A stretch of DNA of 64,000 nt from Aplysia californica (lineage: Eukaryota). The notes below the pieces were generated by a model. That model was not told the DNA's origin. It did not search any database and saw nothing but the letters and a program-made list of their open reading frames with translations. This document shows positions 25,560-39,245 of this stretch, in pieces (the stretch's first letter is position 1; each line of letters opens with the position of its first letter). The position numbers and the translations under genes were made by a program. The stretch spans positions 427,848 through 491,847 of the forward strand of contig NW_004797656.1 of NCBI RefSeq assembly GCF_000002075.1, given 5' to 3'.

Positions 25560-28500
25560 TTAGAGGGGCCTGTTCCCACTGGCATCTGGAGTGGTGTCGG
25601 CGAGATTCTGCTGTAGCTGCACTAGCCAGCGTTTGGTGGTGGTGTCATCCTTGAGACAGTTCTGGAAGGTGAGATCTTTGAGCTGGTCCGGCAGACACTG
25701 GCGGAGGGCTTCTCTGGCCCTGTTGAAGAACAATACAACAGTTTTAACGGATTCTTTTTAAGTTAGATTCAGATCACATGCCTAAAAATCAAACAAAATA
25801 TTGTACACTCAAGATATAATCAGTTAAATTTGAGTGCTGCAAGGGTGGCGTAACATTTTCTAAGATATGTTGTAGAATTACACAGACTGTGTCAGAAAGA
25901 CAAAGCAGGAAATGTTCAATTACAAATTAGATTCACATAACATACATTATTCTCTACATAATAATAAACTGCATTTATATAGCGCATTTCCACAAAGAAG
26001 TGCTCAATGCGCTGTACAATAAAACAAGGAACATATGCAGCGCACAATTCCTATAGTAATCCTCTCTCTCTGTATCTCTATCTCTCCAGTGCATCCTTGA
26101 GTAAAGACAATCCTACAAAACTTACCCAGACACCCTCGTACACATTGATGACATCACAAAGTCATAAATTAAGGATTGAAACTGGACTGAAACAAATGCG
26201 TTTTAAGTGCTGATTTAAATTTTGATAACGTTGTAGACTCGTAGAAGAGCTGGCAAAGCGTTCCACAGTGAGGGGCCATGGTGTGAAAAAGCTCTCCCTT
26301 CGGGTCTCTGACTTTTGCTTTGGGCAGGTCTTAAAAGTATTTTCTTCGCCGACCTTAAGGGCTGAGAAGGTATATATTCGATGACCATGTCACAAAAATA
26401 TGGGGGTGCAATTTTGTGGACACACTTAAAACAAAGGACAATTATTTTGTACTGAATTCATGCTTTCACCGGGAGCCAATGTAGTTGAATTAGCATTGGT
26501 GTTACATGCTCTTTGAGAGATTTCTTTAAAATTATGTGAGTAGCATGGTTCTGGAGTCGCTGAAACCTATTTAACGTTTCTGTGTGAAGGTTTCCAAGCA
26601 AAGAATTGCAGTAGTTTAGACATGAAAGGGTAAAAGAAGAGACGAGGGTTTTGATGGAATCAACACTATGATATGTTGACATTTGTCCTATTCTGCGTAG
26701 TTCAAAATAAATTACTTTACATAGATGGTTTATATAATGATGCATAGATAATTTTCAGTCAAAATAAAAATCTAAATTTTTCGCTTTATCTCTGAAAAAG
26801 ATGTTATCATATCCAATATATATATATGGTCAAAATTTAGAAGCAATATCCCTGGTTTGGCATTGCAAAACAGAACTTCGGTCTCATCATCATTCATTTT
26901 AATTCTGTTTGATATCATCCAGTTTTTAACATCAACAATACATTTTTCCATGCTGGTAACTAGACAATTGAAATTTGTTGGTAAAACAGACTTGTACAGC
27001 TGAGCGTAGTCCGCGTACAAGTGGTAATTAACGTTGTGCTTCCTAATTATTGAACCAAAGGGCTTTGTATATTGTGTGTATGAGAGTGGTCCGAGCACGG
27101 ATCCTTGGGGCACGCCAAATTGCAAGCTGAGAATGGATGACATTTCACCATTTACAAGTACAGACTATGTACGATTAGACAAATAGGACTCAAACGATTC
27201 AAGATGATTCGCCAAAAAGAAAAAAAAATTCATCTTCAGCAAGTGCTTGGACTATGAAACAAATTTTTTCTAGTCTTTCAGAGCTCAATCTCGTCCGTTT
27301 TCACTATACTTTTCTGTCTCTGAAAGGATACTACCTGACAAATTCAATCATCACACAATGCTTACCTTGAATTATCTGAAAGACGAAGGTAGCAACGAAC
27401 CACGTGCTTAAGAAGACGAGCGGAGGGTTCTTTTGAAAGAGCCAAAACCATTTTGCCCTGGACAAAAAAGGAAGCATAAGCATGAAGGAATAATTAACAT
27501 TATAGAAAAAAAGGAGGGAAACCGACTTACTTGTCACAATGCTTAAATGTAAGAATACAGTACAATAGGGACATCATAACTGTTTTGCAAAGGCTTAAGC
27601 AGTACTTTAGTCTGGTAAATAAATGAACTTTTTACTCAGTATACTTAGATCACACAATCGGACTTATGTTTTTAAGGAGAAGGGTATATCATGACATTTA
27701 TTTTCGTGGCCAGGACCATAATTGACGAACTCTGTATATCAGGTTAAGAAATGACAGTGACGAATTTAACAAACTACTACCAACCTCCCCCCCCCCCCCC
27801 AACATACCAAAATAAAAAATGAGTCTATTCAAACTTTGATCACAGAGACTCACTTTCGAAAACAGCAATAAAAAAATATTTGAATTTAAATATCCGATGT
27901 AACTTTAAAAAATCTAATATCAAGGGTAAGTTGGGTTTTTTTAAGATGGGGGGGGGGGGGGGGCGGGGGGGGGGGGCGCACTCTTTACTATTAAACAAGT
28001 CAGTGTAAGTCTCAGTGTAAATCTCTAAACCAGTTATAATGAAATTAGTTAAGAAAACTTACCAGGATCATGGCCACATGAGAAAATCTTTCATAAGTAT
28101 GGCAAATATAGCCAAGTCCTGTTTCATCTAGAAGAATCTTTTGCAGGATGAATGTAGCAACCTGAGGAAAAAAATAAACAACCAAAGCGTTACAAGCTCC
28201 AGAATGTTTGTCCCTTTCCAAAACAAACAGTTCACTGGCCTATCAAAAGAGGTGAGCATAGAGCAAAAAAGACAACAGAATATAAGAATATGAGGCTGAA
28301 AAGAAAATGAGGACAATGACATTGAACCAACAGCCACATGGAGACAAATGTTGGAGCTGTAGTTTACAATGAGCACAAAAACTCCTACATTTTGCAAGGA
28401 ACTAATTGGGACAAGAACAACACTAACAAGAAGATAATACCATAGTTGTTCGCCTGTTGTCCAAGTTCAATACAAATGACTGACAACGTGGATAATTCTC

Positions 28501-31500
28501 ATGGAACTTTACACAGTCAAACCGGTCTTAGAGATCACCTCACCATAGCAGTCACCTGTACAAATGGCCACCGTTCCGTAACACCCTTGTAATTTTTCTA
28601 TATTTTAACCTGCCCATTGTGGTGCCTTTCCAACAAGGCCATGGTCAGTCATTTTCGCTTGAAGTCTGCCTCAAACTCAAAACCTGTTTCTAAAGATCAT
28701 TTGCTAAAAAAAAAAAAAGTTTTCCTTCATACCTAAGACCGAGTGTGTGCCCTTATTCAATTAATGCTAAAAAGCTTTCATGAAAGATAAAAATATTTGA
28801 TGGAATTGAAAAAGAAAGATTGAATTGAGATTTAAAATTTTTAACCATCTGTTGGCTTTGTCAAGTCTAGTAAGTGACCATAACTCACACCCTGCCCATA
28901 GCAGCCACCTGTCTATAACAGTCACTTTTCTCTGTGATATTGAGTGACTATTATGCGACAGGTTTCGCTGTATATGTTAAAAAACGCAGACTTACTGTTT
29001 TGGAAAGCTCACTACCCCCTTCCATGATGCGGAGGCATAGTGGGATAATCTCGGTGTTCAGAAGGAAGTTGATCACTTCTTGTTCGTCAGTCTGTGGGAA
29101 AAGAAATAAGAAATAAATTGCATTGTGATGAAATTACCTTCGATATGTAAGCAGTCAAACAAAATTTTATTTAGTGGATTTTCTTTAGTAACTCTGACCA
29201 TTAAATAAATACCAAGAAAAGCTTTATAAGACTTGGTTCCACACCTTTCATAACCACAAAATTCAAGAATGAAATTTTTCAAACTTTGATTCATAGATTA
29301 TTCAAATGTATTTGAAATGATGAGCTATTTCAAATACTGGAAAAGCCAGACATTATCAGGAATTTGTACTGGGACCATAACGCTGCTGTACGAATTAATG
29401 GAGAATACAGAGAATATAAACAAATTAGAAGAGGAGTGAGGCAAGGATGTGTTATGTCACCAGACCTCTTTAACATGTACAGTGAAACAATCCTTAGAAA
29501 CATAGAAGAATGTCCAGGTTTCAAAGTGAATGGCGAAAATATTAATAACATCAGATATGCCGATGACACAGTTTTAATAGCAGACTCAGAAAAGGACCTT
29601 TAATCGCTTCTAGATGCTGTTGCAACAGAAAGTGAACATAAAGGACTGTTGTTGAATGTAAAGAAAACAGAATGCTTGGTAATATCTAAAAAAACAGCAA
29701 ATCCTATTTGTAATCTCATTAGCAAAGGTGAAAAGATCAAACAAGTCCAACAGTTTAAATATCTAGGGTATATAATAACATCTGATGCCAAATGTTCCAC
29801 AGAAATAAAACGCAAAATTGCAATGGCTAAGGCTAGTTTCAATAAAGTGAGCCCAATCCTGAAAAATAGAAACATTTCAATGACTACCAAATTGAAAGTT
29901 CTGAAATGCTGTGAAATGAGTGTATGGTCAACCCATCTAGATCTATATGGCTGTGAATGCTGGACAAACACCAAAGACAGTGAAAACAAAATAGAAGCAA
30001 CAGAACAAATGTGGTTTCTTAGGAGACTGCTGAGAATATCTTGGAAGGAAAAGTAATGAAATGAGGTTGTGCTTGATGAAACCCACGTGGGACGCTCACT
30101 ATTAAAAACAATCAGAAAACGACAAATGCAGTTTTTGGGACACCTGAATAGACATAAAGGTCTTGAACATCTAGCTCTCACTGGCAAAATGGAAGGCAAT
30201 CGAGGCAGAGTAAAGGAATGAATGGAGAACCATGATCGACGATGTCTGTTGCAGATCTGGCACTGGATGATGATGAGGATGATGGATTTCACCACTCCGG
30301 TACACTTAACGCACGGAAGACAGGTCTCGCGAGGTGCACAACCCCTGAAGACTGAGGCTTTTCGGAGTAGTTAAATAATTCATAACTTTACTCACAATAG
30401 TTCAGTTGCTCTGATGTTTTCACATAAATAAGAGAAATTTATGTTCTTTCAAATAAAACAAATTTTAATGCTGTATCTTTTACACTTTAAAAAAAAATGA
30501 ATTTGTGAAAAGCACATGAATTTTGGTTTTCTCGAGAACTTTTTAGATGGACACTTGTTACAAATGAAATTCCCCTTCCCTTTATTTACACCAGATCTAC
30601 TTACACCTTTAGTAACAGAAATATCACTGTCTGCCTTCGGCGCCCCTCAAGCACAAATTCTGAATCATTAGGAACGCTAAGTTCACTTTCTGATGAACTA
30701 GACTCATTGAAAACATTAAAATGTTGCTGGGTTTGCTGCTACACATTCTCTCGAAGTCTGCATGGGGGCAGCCATTTTCCCTAGAGATGTTTGTAAATCA
30801 TCTTGAGCGACATCCCCTAAAAGTTCATACTAAAAAAAGTTCTACCCCTACTTCCAAGAAACTTCACAGTAAACGAAAAAAAAAAATGGATGCACTAGCT
30901 CTGACAACCATTTCCGAGGCGCTCTCGGTATTACAAAAAGTACGAAAAAATTATAAAGCTGGTCCAGACGGGGTCACTGGATCTGGCGTCAGAGGGTAAT
31001 CGGCCAGCCCCGAGAATGTCTCGGGACATGGCGTCGGTAAGTTAAAGATTAAGTTGCTCATTAATAACTGAGAAAGAAGAAGTACTGTCCTAAACATTGA
31101 GTTTCAACCTAGGGGCAATTGCTGACTACCAACCTTCACTAGAGCACCAATGACTCCTAGACTTGTGAGACGAAGGTACTCAAATGGACGGGTTTTGCTC
31201 ACAGTGTGCAAGAACGGGTACAGGAATAGTGGGATGTGAGCTGAAACAAACATGTAATAATAATAATAATAATAATAGATAGAATTTGTATAGCGCATAT
31301 CCCCGCTCAACAGCAGGCTCTATGCGCTTTACACTATATTATTACCCCAGCAGACCATAGTACACTCCGAAACATTCTCAGCTTCCCGGGAAGCATACAG
31401 TGCGAGCAGCCGATTAAGCGCTCAAACACTAACAAACTGACAAGATCTTTCGCTGTCTATAGCCGGGTACCCATTCCCACCTGGGTGAAGTGAGGAAAAT

Positions 31501-34478
31501 TCGTGTAAAGTGCCTTTCCCAAGGACACAACATCGGGCCCCTGACGGGATTCGAACCCACGACCGTACGGTTGCGAGTCCGAGAGCCTAACCACTAGGCC
31601 ACCGACGCCACGATGTAAGCACGGATAACGAGACTTCCTCCAAAAAAACACATCTAAACTGATAAGAAACAGATTTACAGATATGAAAAAACAAAACAAC
31701 TCTATACGTGTAACTCTTACAGCCCCAGTTGCATATTTTCTTACCAGTTCTCATTTTCGTAAGCCCATTCGCATATATTTCCCAAACCAGTTTTCGTTTC
31801 CCCGAGCCCAGTGGCGTATATTTCCCTCACAGGGCACCAGCTACCTCAAACCTAGTTGTTTCCTTTTACCTTTATCTAACAAATTGTCTCCGAAAAATAT
31901 TCTATTATCTTTTACAACTTCAGAGAAAAGTAGTATAGAATTATTTTTTTTAGTGTCTGCAAAACATTGCCAGGCCTGAGAAGTCAAGGAACCCAGTATT
32001 GCAGGCCATTGAGAAGTGAGGGCTAAAAACAGCCAGGTTCGACACTCATATTACCTTATACAGTTGTGAGCGCTGTAAAAACTCTACTAAAACTAAACTA
32101 ACTATAAAATAGCCTGATGCTTTGGGGGTTAAAGTATTTACATATCAAAGAGGTAGTAATAAATTAGAGATAGGTATCTTTTATACAAACATTGGCTTTG
32201 AGGAGTTAAATCCCTTTTCTGTAATATCAATGTATGTGATTTGAAGTAGGTTAAGCACTGTCACACTTATTCACTACATATTTTTTTCATCCTCTACTTA
32301 TATCCTAAGATTTTAGACGACAGCAAATTTTTCACTTTCTTTAAATAACATGATAAAAACAACAAAAGCTACACAAAATTAGCTTACCAGAGAGGAATAC
32401 TGAACGAGTATCAGGGTGAGAGGCAACACATTGTAGAAGAGCCAGGGCATTGCACACACGGTTGGACTGAGAGGCCTGTGAACAGAAACGTTCGTAAAAG
32501 TTTATGAATAATAAGAGGATCTGAATTGCAACGGACCATTAGTTGACACAAAAGTAGCCGTACTCCGCCAGGGACTGACAAGGACTATTTTAAAAAAGCA
32601 GAAAAGAAAAAGTTTGTACCACAGCAAAGCAAGATGACCGATGAGAGGGGAAAAAAGCAGAAGCATCAGAAAAGAACTTGAACCTAAAAGTAAGTTATGC
32701 ATCAACATTTTGAAAAAAAGAAAAACATTGCACTACAACAGTGATCACTAAATATTTCAAGATGCAGAAATAAATTAAGAATAAAAGAGAAGTAAGATCA
32801 ATCGGTGGTACCCTTCAACCACTTGCTTTAGATGCACACAAACACATACAAAACCCAATGATGATTATAGAAACTCTGGAACACAAGTCATGACTGTCAC
32901 ATTAATATATTAATAAATAGCATAAAATGAGCTCTATGAAACCTCTTTAATCCTGTTATCTTTCTAACTATTGGCCCTTCCATACTATCAGATCATTTAG
33001 AGCCAAAATTTGAGTAGATTAAATTTACAAAAGACATTTAGCCAATGACAGCACCAATTACTGAATTTAAAGTGGAGGTGGGGAGAGGTATTAAAGCCTG
33101 AAGTTGACTATATGATGGTAGCCCAAATTTCAAACAAGAAGAAATAAATTAATGGCAACAAGAAGTAGGCAGACAGTTGTAAAATCACATTATTAGGTTA
33201 AAAACCAAACTAAACTATATTTTTTTTAAATGATTAAATACCAAAAACAAACTTGACTAAACATAAAGTACAAATGGTTACCATCTAATCCTCAAGTTCT
33301 CCCTTCATTCTATTCCTCTGTTCTTGCAAAGCAAATATAGCTCAACCCAAACACCAAGGGACACTGAACCAATAAATGATGTATAAATACTTACTGTAAG
33401 AACAGGGGGCAGGATGCAAGGGTAGATCTGGATTATCTCTTGTAGAAGTGCAGCTATTGTTCCAAAGGAGTGCCATAGAAGAGGGGCCAAATCTTGGACA
33501 ACCTCACGTTTTTTACTAAAATTAAAGCAATCATCAGAAATTGTCAGAACTGGCGCCATAAACAACAAATCACATATGGAGGTAAAATGAAAAATTCTGT
33601 TTAATAACACTGACCGAGAAAAACTCAGAAACTTAATCATAAATGCACAGTATTACATAACAATGATCGTTATGATTTTTCTTAACCCATTTCATTGCTA
33701 AGATGTTTCCATCTACATTTGTAAAGAAAAGAATAAGCATGTTCTTTGAAGAGAGACTTTTTTAAAAGCTGTATATATCTTTCCCCTACTTTAATAGAAA
33801 CAATTGCACAAACTCTAATTTACTGTGCAAATTACATCTCTGAAAACTTCTATGAAAAACAGAATTTTTTTTTTAGAGAACTAGCTGTGGAGAAGACAAA
33901 TGAGAGTAGAAAAAGTGAAGGCAGGCTGTCTAATGCAATCCTCCTTCATCAGAACTCGAGCGAGAACAATCATAAATATGAGACTTCGGAGGGAACACAA
34001 CATGACTAGAGTGACTGGCCTTTGAAAACATGGTACAATTCACAATTCAAAGCTGTAGCAAGGACAGTAATCTCAAAACTTACTTTCTCTCACAAAATAT
34101 GAGTCACTCTATGTCACCTCATACAGAAGAGGCAACATAAACCTACCAAAAGAGCCTGGATCAAATGGAAAGACAATTCAACAAATCACAAATAAATAGT
34201 AAAAGTATCTTTTCAATTCATCTCTATTCTCTTCATAACAGCATAAGCCCTTTTTAACACATACCAGCCCACCACACAGAAAAAATCCCCAAAAGGCCAT
34301 GAATTAACAAACCAACTAGGCCTATGGCAGACTTTTAAATGCACACACATATATTAGATAATAGCACAAACCTCAACTCCAATAGTGCATTTTCCCTCGT
34401 TTTAGGAGATGACAAATCGTTGATCCATTGATAGATCCTTTCTCTATCAACCTGCTGAATTGTTTGAGGCTGGATCAT
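25560..34478 (-). CDS. CNOT9: CCR4-NOT transcription complex subunit 9 (Rcd1/CAF40), 8 coding exons, 289 aa
   Basis: Minus-strand exons 34372-34478, 33395-33515, 32388-32475, 31134-31240, 28996-29091, 28063-28161, 27366-27457, 25560-25719 (870 nt, phases consistent). Translation [40 protein letters not shown]...[15 protein letters not shown]...[18 protein letters not shown]...[26 protein letters not shown]...[17 protein letters not shown]...[14 protein letters not shown] matches the very conserved Rcd1 family. Confidence 0.97.
25958..27200 (-). mobile_element. 5'-truncated L2/CR1-group LINE in the last CNOT9 intron
   Basis: Degenerate RT ([31 protein letters not shown]), C-terminal LNYCNSLL...LQNHA...[14 protein letters not shown], and a 3' tail ending ATGCGCTATATAAATGCAGTTTATTATTAT. 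Confidence 0.85.
28514..28970. mobile_element. Degenerate family-F-like MITE
   Basis: CAGTCAAACCGGTC ... GACAGGTTTCGCTG|TA with CAGTCACCTG/GCCACCTGTC repeats. Confidence 0.5.
29310..30285 (+). mobile_element. 5'-truncated RTE-clade LINE, antisense within a CNOT9 intron
   Basis: [58 protein letters not shown], with stops and frameshifts; (GAT)n tail near 30266-30285. Confidence 0.9.
31256..31620 (-). mobile_element. Full-length tRNA-derived SINE family D
   Basis: A box TGGCCTAGTGG, B box GGTTCGAATCC, central GTGTCCTTGGGAAAGGCACTTTAC...CACCCAGGTG..AATGGGTACC domain, LINE-like tail and (ATT)n. Highly similar to 55408-55772. Confidence 0.9.
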
Positions 34479-34558
34479 TCCTCTCTACAAAAGTAAAGAA
34501 AGGAAGAAAAAGAAATTACTGAACAAATATTGTCTACTGCTACATCAGGCAGGCTTAA

Positions 34559-35305
34559 CCCATTGCCCCAGAGCTATGAGCATATTCGTAGCTGCAGCGC
34601 GATTCCGTACACTGAGCTATGACAATAGTCGTAGCAAAATACCTGTCAACAAAATCAAGTATGAACCACTTATCCAGGTATCTATTGAAAATAATAGGTC
34701 GCTTGTAGCTAACAAAAACTTTTGCTGGCTTGTTTTGATCCAGTTTTCTGCCAAGTACAAATCAGTTTTGTAGTTTTGTAACTGCAAATCAAGGCAAAAA
34801 AGCGAGCACTGAAATCTTCAGGGAGGAGAAGAAAAAAAAAAAAAGCCACAAAAAAACAACAGTACCACGGCTATTTATGATGTGGTTTTTAAAATACATA
34901 AACCATGTTTTTTTGTTTTATTATAGAGGCATAAGCGGCAAAGAAAGTGAAAGCAGACGTAAATCTAGATTAAAACAAGGCGATCGGATTGATTTTAGAG
35001 CCTTGAAAACTTCGAAGAAAAGAAGATTTACTATAAGTGGCTATGAGTAAATCTCGAGTGCCGATGAGTCAGTCGGACAACGAATATATTGTTTTCTCTG
35101 CGCTTTCCTTCAACTTTCTCTCTAACAATATTAAAAGAAGATTTTAAGTAAAATCTAAGCGAAAATTCACATTGATACCTTAAATGCTTTAGTCACAATG
35201 CGTGTCAAAAGTTAGTGTGTCGAGTTCAAACTGATTTTTTCCCCTTGCTCACGGCAAGCCAGGTAAACACAAGCGCACTGCCGCGGCAACGCAGGGTGAA
35301 TTGGG
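34559..35305. mobile_element. piggyBac-like MITE (degenerate TIR)
   Basis: TTAA|CCCATTGCCCC ... GGGTGAATTGGG|TTAA. Confidence 0.45.
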
Positions 35306-35399
35306 TTAACAAACAATAAATCAGCCGATGGATGAAAGCACACAATCATTACAATGCCATAGAAATGTTGAGAGAAGCAGGATAGAACTTTCGCCATGT

Positions 35400-36550
35400 A
35401 GAGGGTGTCAAAAAACAAAAAGCACCCATTTAAAGGGCAATAACTCGGTCATCAGTGTATTAATAAAATTCCAACCGGGGGGGGGGGGGGGGGGGGGGGG
35501 GACACATTAAGTTTGTAAATATGAAGAAAATCTATCGACACCTTCGAGAAATATCAAAATTGGGTCAAAGGCTTAATTTCACTTCTTAAAAGCGTTTAGC
35601 TTCAAGGGTGTAATCGACTCGTCCTGGTTTCAGGAACAAGACATTTAAACAACAACAATCCCAACAAATGGATATCTCACTGTGCTGAGAAAGTTTAGTT
35701 TCGTTTTAGTAAGAGTTTTATGGCACTTGCAACACAATAAGGTCATATAAGTGCCAAAGATTAGAGGTGTTACAAGAGAGTTACAAACACAAAAAAGGAG
35801 GGAAGATAAAGACGATAGATGTCTGAGAGGAAAGAAGAAGCAAACCACACCAGAGCACCCGCCAACCACCCACTGAGAAAGTTCTGGGGAAGTTTGGGGA
35901 GGAGAAGGTGTCACGTTGTAGAGGCTTAGTTCCAGTGGGCTGGAGCCCACACCCTAAATGTCTAGAGTGGCATTTGTAAGGTTGTAAGAAATGTTTGGGG
36001 AATGCCTTATACGTCAAAAGTTTACCAATGAATGGTCATCACGTTCATGATTACCTTTGGGGTTTTTTGACAAGCAACTTAAAAACACCAAGCCACAAAC
36101 AATTGAACAGTTAAAACTCAAAATTAAACAGGATGTCAAAAGAATTGGCCCAAAAACCAACCACAGGGTTATAATTCAAATTTTTAAGTCACTTATTGGA
36201 GCTTGTACAGGGAGAAATGGTCAACACCTGAAGACTTAAATAGCCATCAACTCCCTGAGTTTATTTGGAAATATAATTTTTGTCTGTTCTTTCCCACACA
36301 TATAATGACCAACTATTTGAAATAGAATAGTGTGGTTGATTTTTAAGAAGTTGAAAAGTTTTGTGTTTCACTCAATTTGGTAGAAATCTTAAAAACTTCA
36401 AACTTAATATCGTTCAAACATGATGGTTGATTTTCTGTTTTGACGGATGTAATGTCCTCGTGGTTGAATTTTATTTAATCAAAGTTACGTTGAAATTGGT
36501 CTAAAGATGATGTCATTGCCTTTTAAATGGGTCCTTTTTCTCTGTGACAG
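35400..36550 (+). mobile_element. Tc1/mariner-superfamily deletion derivative
   Basis: Inverted ends ..AAAAAGCACCCATTTAAAGGGCAATAAC / GTCATTGCCTTTTAAATGGGTCCTTTTT; internal remnant DYL(W)G..KPQTIEQLK.KI...AC..RNGQHL at 36048-36239. Confidence 0.6.
35696..35872 (-). mobile_element. Family E retroposon copy
   Basis: Full length, with 11-bp TSD CTGAGAAAGTT at 35685-35695 and 35873-35883. Confidence 0.8.
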
Positions 36551-36597
36551 TAGCAAAATCAGATATCACCTAAAAAATCAAACAATGAAACATGTAC

Positions 36598-36710
36598 CTA
36601 AATAGTAGCTTTTCAGCACATCAATATGGAGTAGAAAATGAACTTCTAGTAGCTAAGTCTAAGTGTGAGACAGGATGGAAAGTAAAAGAATACCGGAAGG
36701 ACTTCCGTAA
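36598..36710 (-). promoter_or_regulatory. Probable CNOT9 promoter and non-coding first exon
   Basis: Minus-strand donor TTTAG|GTACAT at 36598/36597. Paired ETS-type motifs CCGGAAG/ACTTCCG at ~36693-36707. The CNOT9 ATG exon has an acceptor at 34485, so an upstream UTR exon is required. Confidence 0.5.
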
Positions 36711-37386
36711 CGAGTGACCACCTCAACAAACAGTTATTGACGTAGAGACCTAGCCCCAACCCAACCTCTAACCTAACCCTCCTTACCCCTACCCCAAACC
36801 CTAACACCTTTTCAAGGCTACAGATTCTCCTGTTTCACAGTAGTCACTCCCTGAGAATGCACCATCACCCGGTTTTAGCGCATTTTTGTCTACCGACCCT
36901 TCAAATGAGACAACTTCAGACAAGTTTAGATGAAATGCCCATCTTCCGCGCGCGACAAAAATTTGGTCCCCGTTTGTGGGTGAATTTTAGGACCGGGTCG
37001 GAACGATAGTGATTAACTTTCTTGAGCTCATTCTGCGCTATTTCTGGACCAAGGTGAATGAAACTTGGACAACCAATCAGAAAATAAGGCAAACTAATGA
37101 TATGTGGAAGTCGAAGTTCGTACTCATAAATTAACCTACACTTTTGGCGTTGGAAACACTATCGTATCGAGTACACCGAAACTATACAGAGTTTGATATT
37201 CGACGCCGAGATGGTAAGAGATCAATCTTTCCTCTTTAGTGTGTTTAAGTTTGAACCTTCTGTGTCGAGCAGTTGTGCAGAATTTATCATAAATGTACCA
37301 CTACCCCTCTGTCAAAAGCGGCTTCGCACAGATACCGGCCATTTCCCCCCCACTCCCTTTGCAAATGTATGTGACCTACAAATCCC

Positions 37387-37608
37387 GGCGCTTTTTCGGT
37401 AGTTCCCACCCCGCACTTTTATTCACGGGTTTGGGCCACAAGAGTAGGGGGGTTTCAGGGGGGCTTGCCCCCCTGAATTTTACCATAATTTAATGTTTTG
37501 CAGTTGTTAGGTTTGATATCTTAGCTCACCGCGAACCAAACGTATAGATCTAGATCTAGATGTAGGTCAGGCTCAAATAAGGGGGGTGGGAACTACCGAA
37601 AAAGCACC
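37387..37608 (-). mobile_element. Family-B MITE with 8-bp TSD
   Basis: ~25-bp TIR GGCGCTTTTTCGGTAGTTCCCACCCC; TSD CAAATCCC at 37379-37386 and 37609-37616. Confidence 0.85.
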
Positions 37609-38012
37609 CAAATCCCTGCATGATTATTCCCAGCCCGTTCATTGGTCACTTTAAATTGGGCAATGGCAGGTGCGCGCATCCGATTGTTTTTCTCTGTTCC
37701 TCTGTAACATTACAAAGGGGGTATTCCGAGGCGAGCTTATCTCGCCTGGGGGTGTTCTCGTCTCAACGGGAAAAAAATGGTTTTTAATTGAAGGGCATGC
37801 AAGATTGAATTAAATTATATTTTATGGTTGGCATGGTCTAAAGCCAACAAAGAAAGCTTTGCCATTATTAAATCATGCTGCCAACATTTTCTTAAAGATC
37901 CCACATTGTGATACAATGCTATAAATAAAATGCTCTCATCCCGACACCCCTTTTTCGCAAAATCGTCTGATGTACACCAAAATTTTTATTATAACAAAAT
38001 AATTATGAAAAG

Positions 38013-39245
38013 CATACCTGCCAACATTGCCAGGGCCAAAATCTGTAGTTGACACAAATTTTTGTCCAAAAATCTGTAGTTGACCTAAAAGATCTGCAGT
38101 AAGCTATATTGCCACATGTCGCATACTTAATTTGGGACCCTTTTCAATATTTTGACCCACATCAAAATATGAATGAATGTGTTTGCGACTTCAAACAAAT
38201 GCAGAAAATGACAAAGAACAAAAAAATATGACAAATATGAAAACTACTAGAGGCATTTACCCTATAGTAGCTGGTGCCGTCCTGTCCTATTCATACGTGC
38301 ACGCACACACAAATGAAACAAAACAAACAAAAACAAACAAAAAAACACCCCAAAAAACAACAAACCAGAAGCAAAGAAGAAAAGATGAAGAAAAGGTGGG
38401 CCTTGGATGACTTAGGCTTAGCCTTGGCCCTTTGCCTTTGCAGAGTTTACAATGAAAGAGTAGGACAGATCCCGAGTCCAAGGCCTGCACCAACACGCAT
38501 TTTGCTGAGTTCTAGATCTAGTAGTAATTAAAATCTAGAATACTAAAATTTGCTTCCAAGTTCAGCCCCCTCCCCCCCCCCCCCCCCCATGTATCTTTTA
38601 AAAAATCAATAATCCCCCCATTCCGGAGTCCTATACCTCGCAGCGCTCAGACTTTGAATGAACTTTGGTGACCCCTACAATTGCCGGTGCTCACAATGTG
38701 GTGGAACGCGTAGGTTCATTGGCCAGTCACAATGGCGAGCCCGACAAGACGGTTGTATAACTATAATTTTATTTTATTTTCTGTTCACAAGTGACAGCAC
38801 AGGACAAATATTGATTTATTTTCAGGGCGACACAGCGTTTGCCATGCACAGCCTGCATGTTGTTACAATTAATGTTGCGTTATCAAACTACTACCAGCAA
38901 ATTTCTGGGTGGTAACGAAAGTGAAAGTATATCTTGTATATCCCGATCAAACGTCGGTATCACACATACACTTCCGCTTGCCACCAGAGCCACCTGTCCG
39001 CGTAAAGAAATATACTCTCGGGGAAGGCGAATGAATATCACAATCGCGACCTGCAAAAATGAACTTAAGGGCGTTATCGGATTTGGTTTTCAAATATTCG
39101 ATAACTTTCTCAAATTCTTGGGTAATTCACGGGGCCTGGCAGTCACCCTGCTAAGTCGGTGGCTTATCTCTCAAAATCGGTGGATCGGTAGTTTGACCAA
39201 AAAGTCGGCGATCTACCGATTTTTTCTATAGGGTTGGCAGGTATG
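38013..39245. mobile_element. Non-autonomous DNA transposon with 6-bp TSD (hAT-like)
   Basis: Perfect 13-bp TIR CATACCTGCCAAC/GTTGGCAGGTATG, TSD GAAAAG, subterminal AAAATCTGTAGTTGAC repeats. Confidence 0.8.

Noticed and set aside
29600-30295. 231-aa minus-strand ORF
   Set aside because: Antisense shadow of the decayed RTE LINE.
30300-31045. Possible MITE next to the RTE fragment
   Set aside because: Termini match only weakly and there is no second copy in the window.
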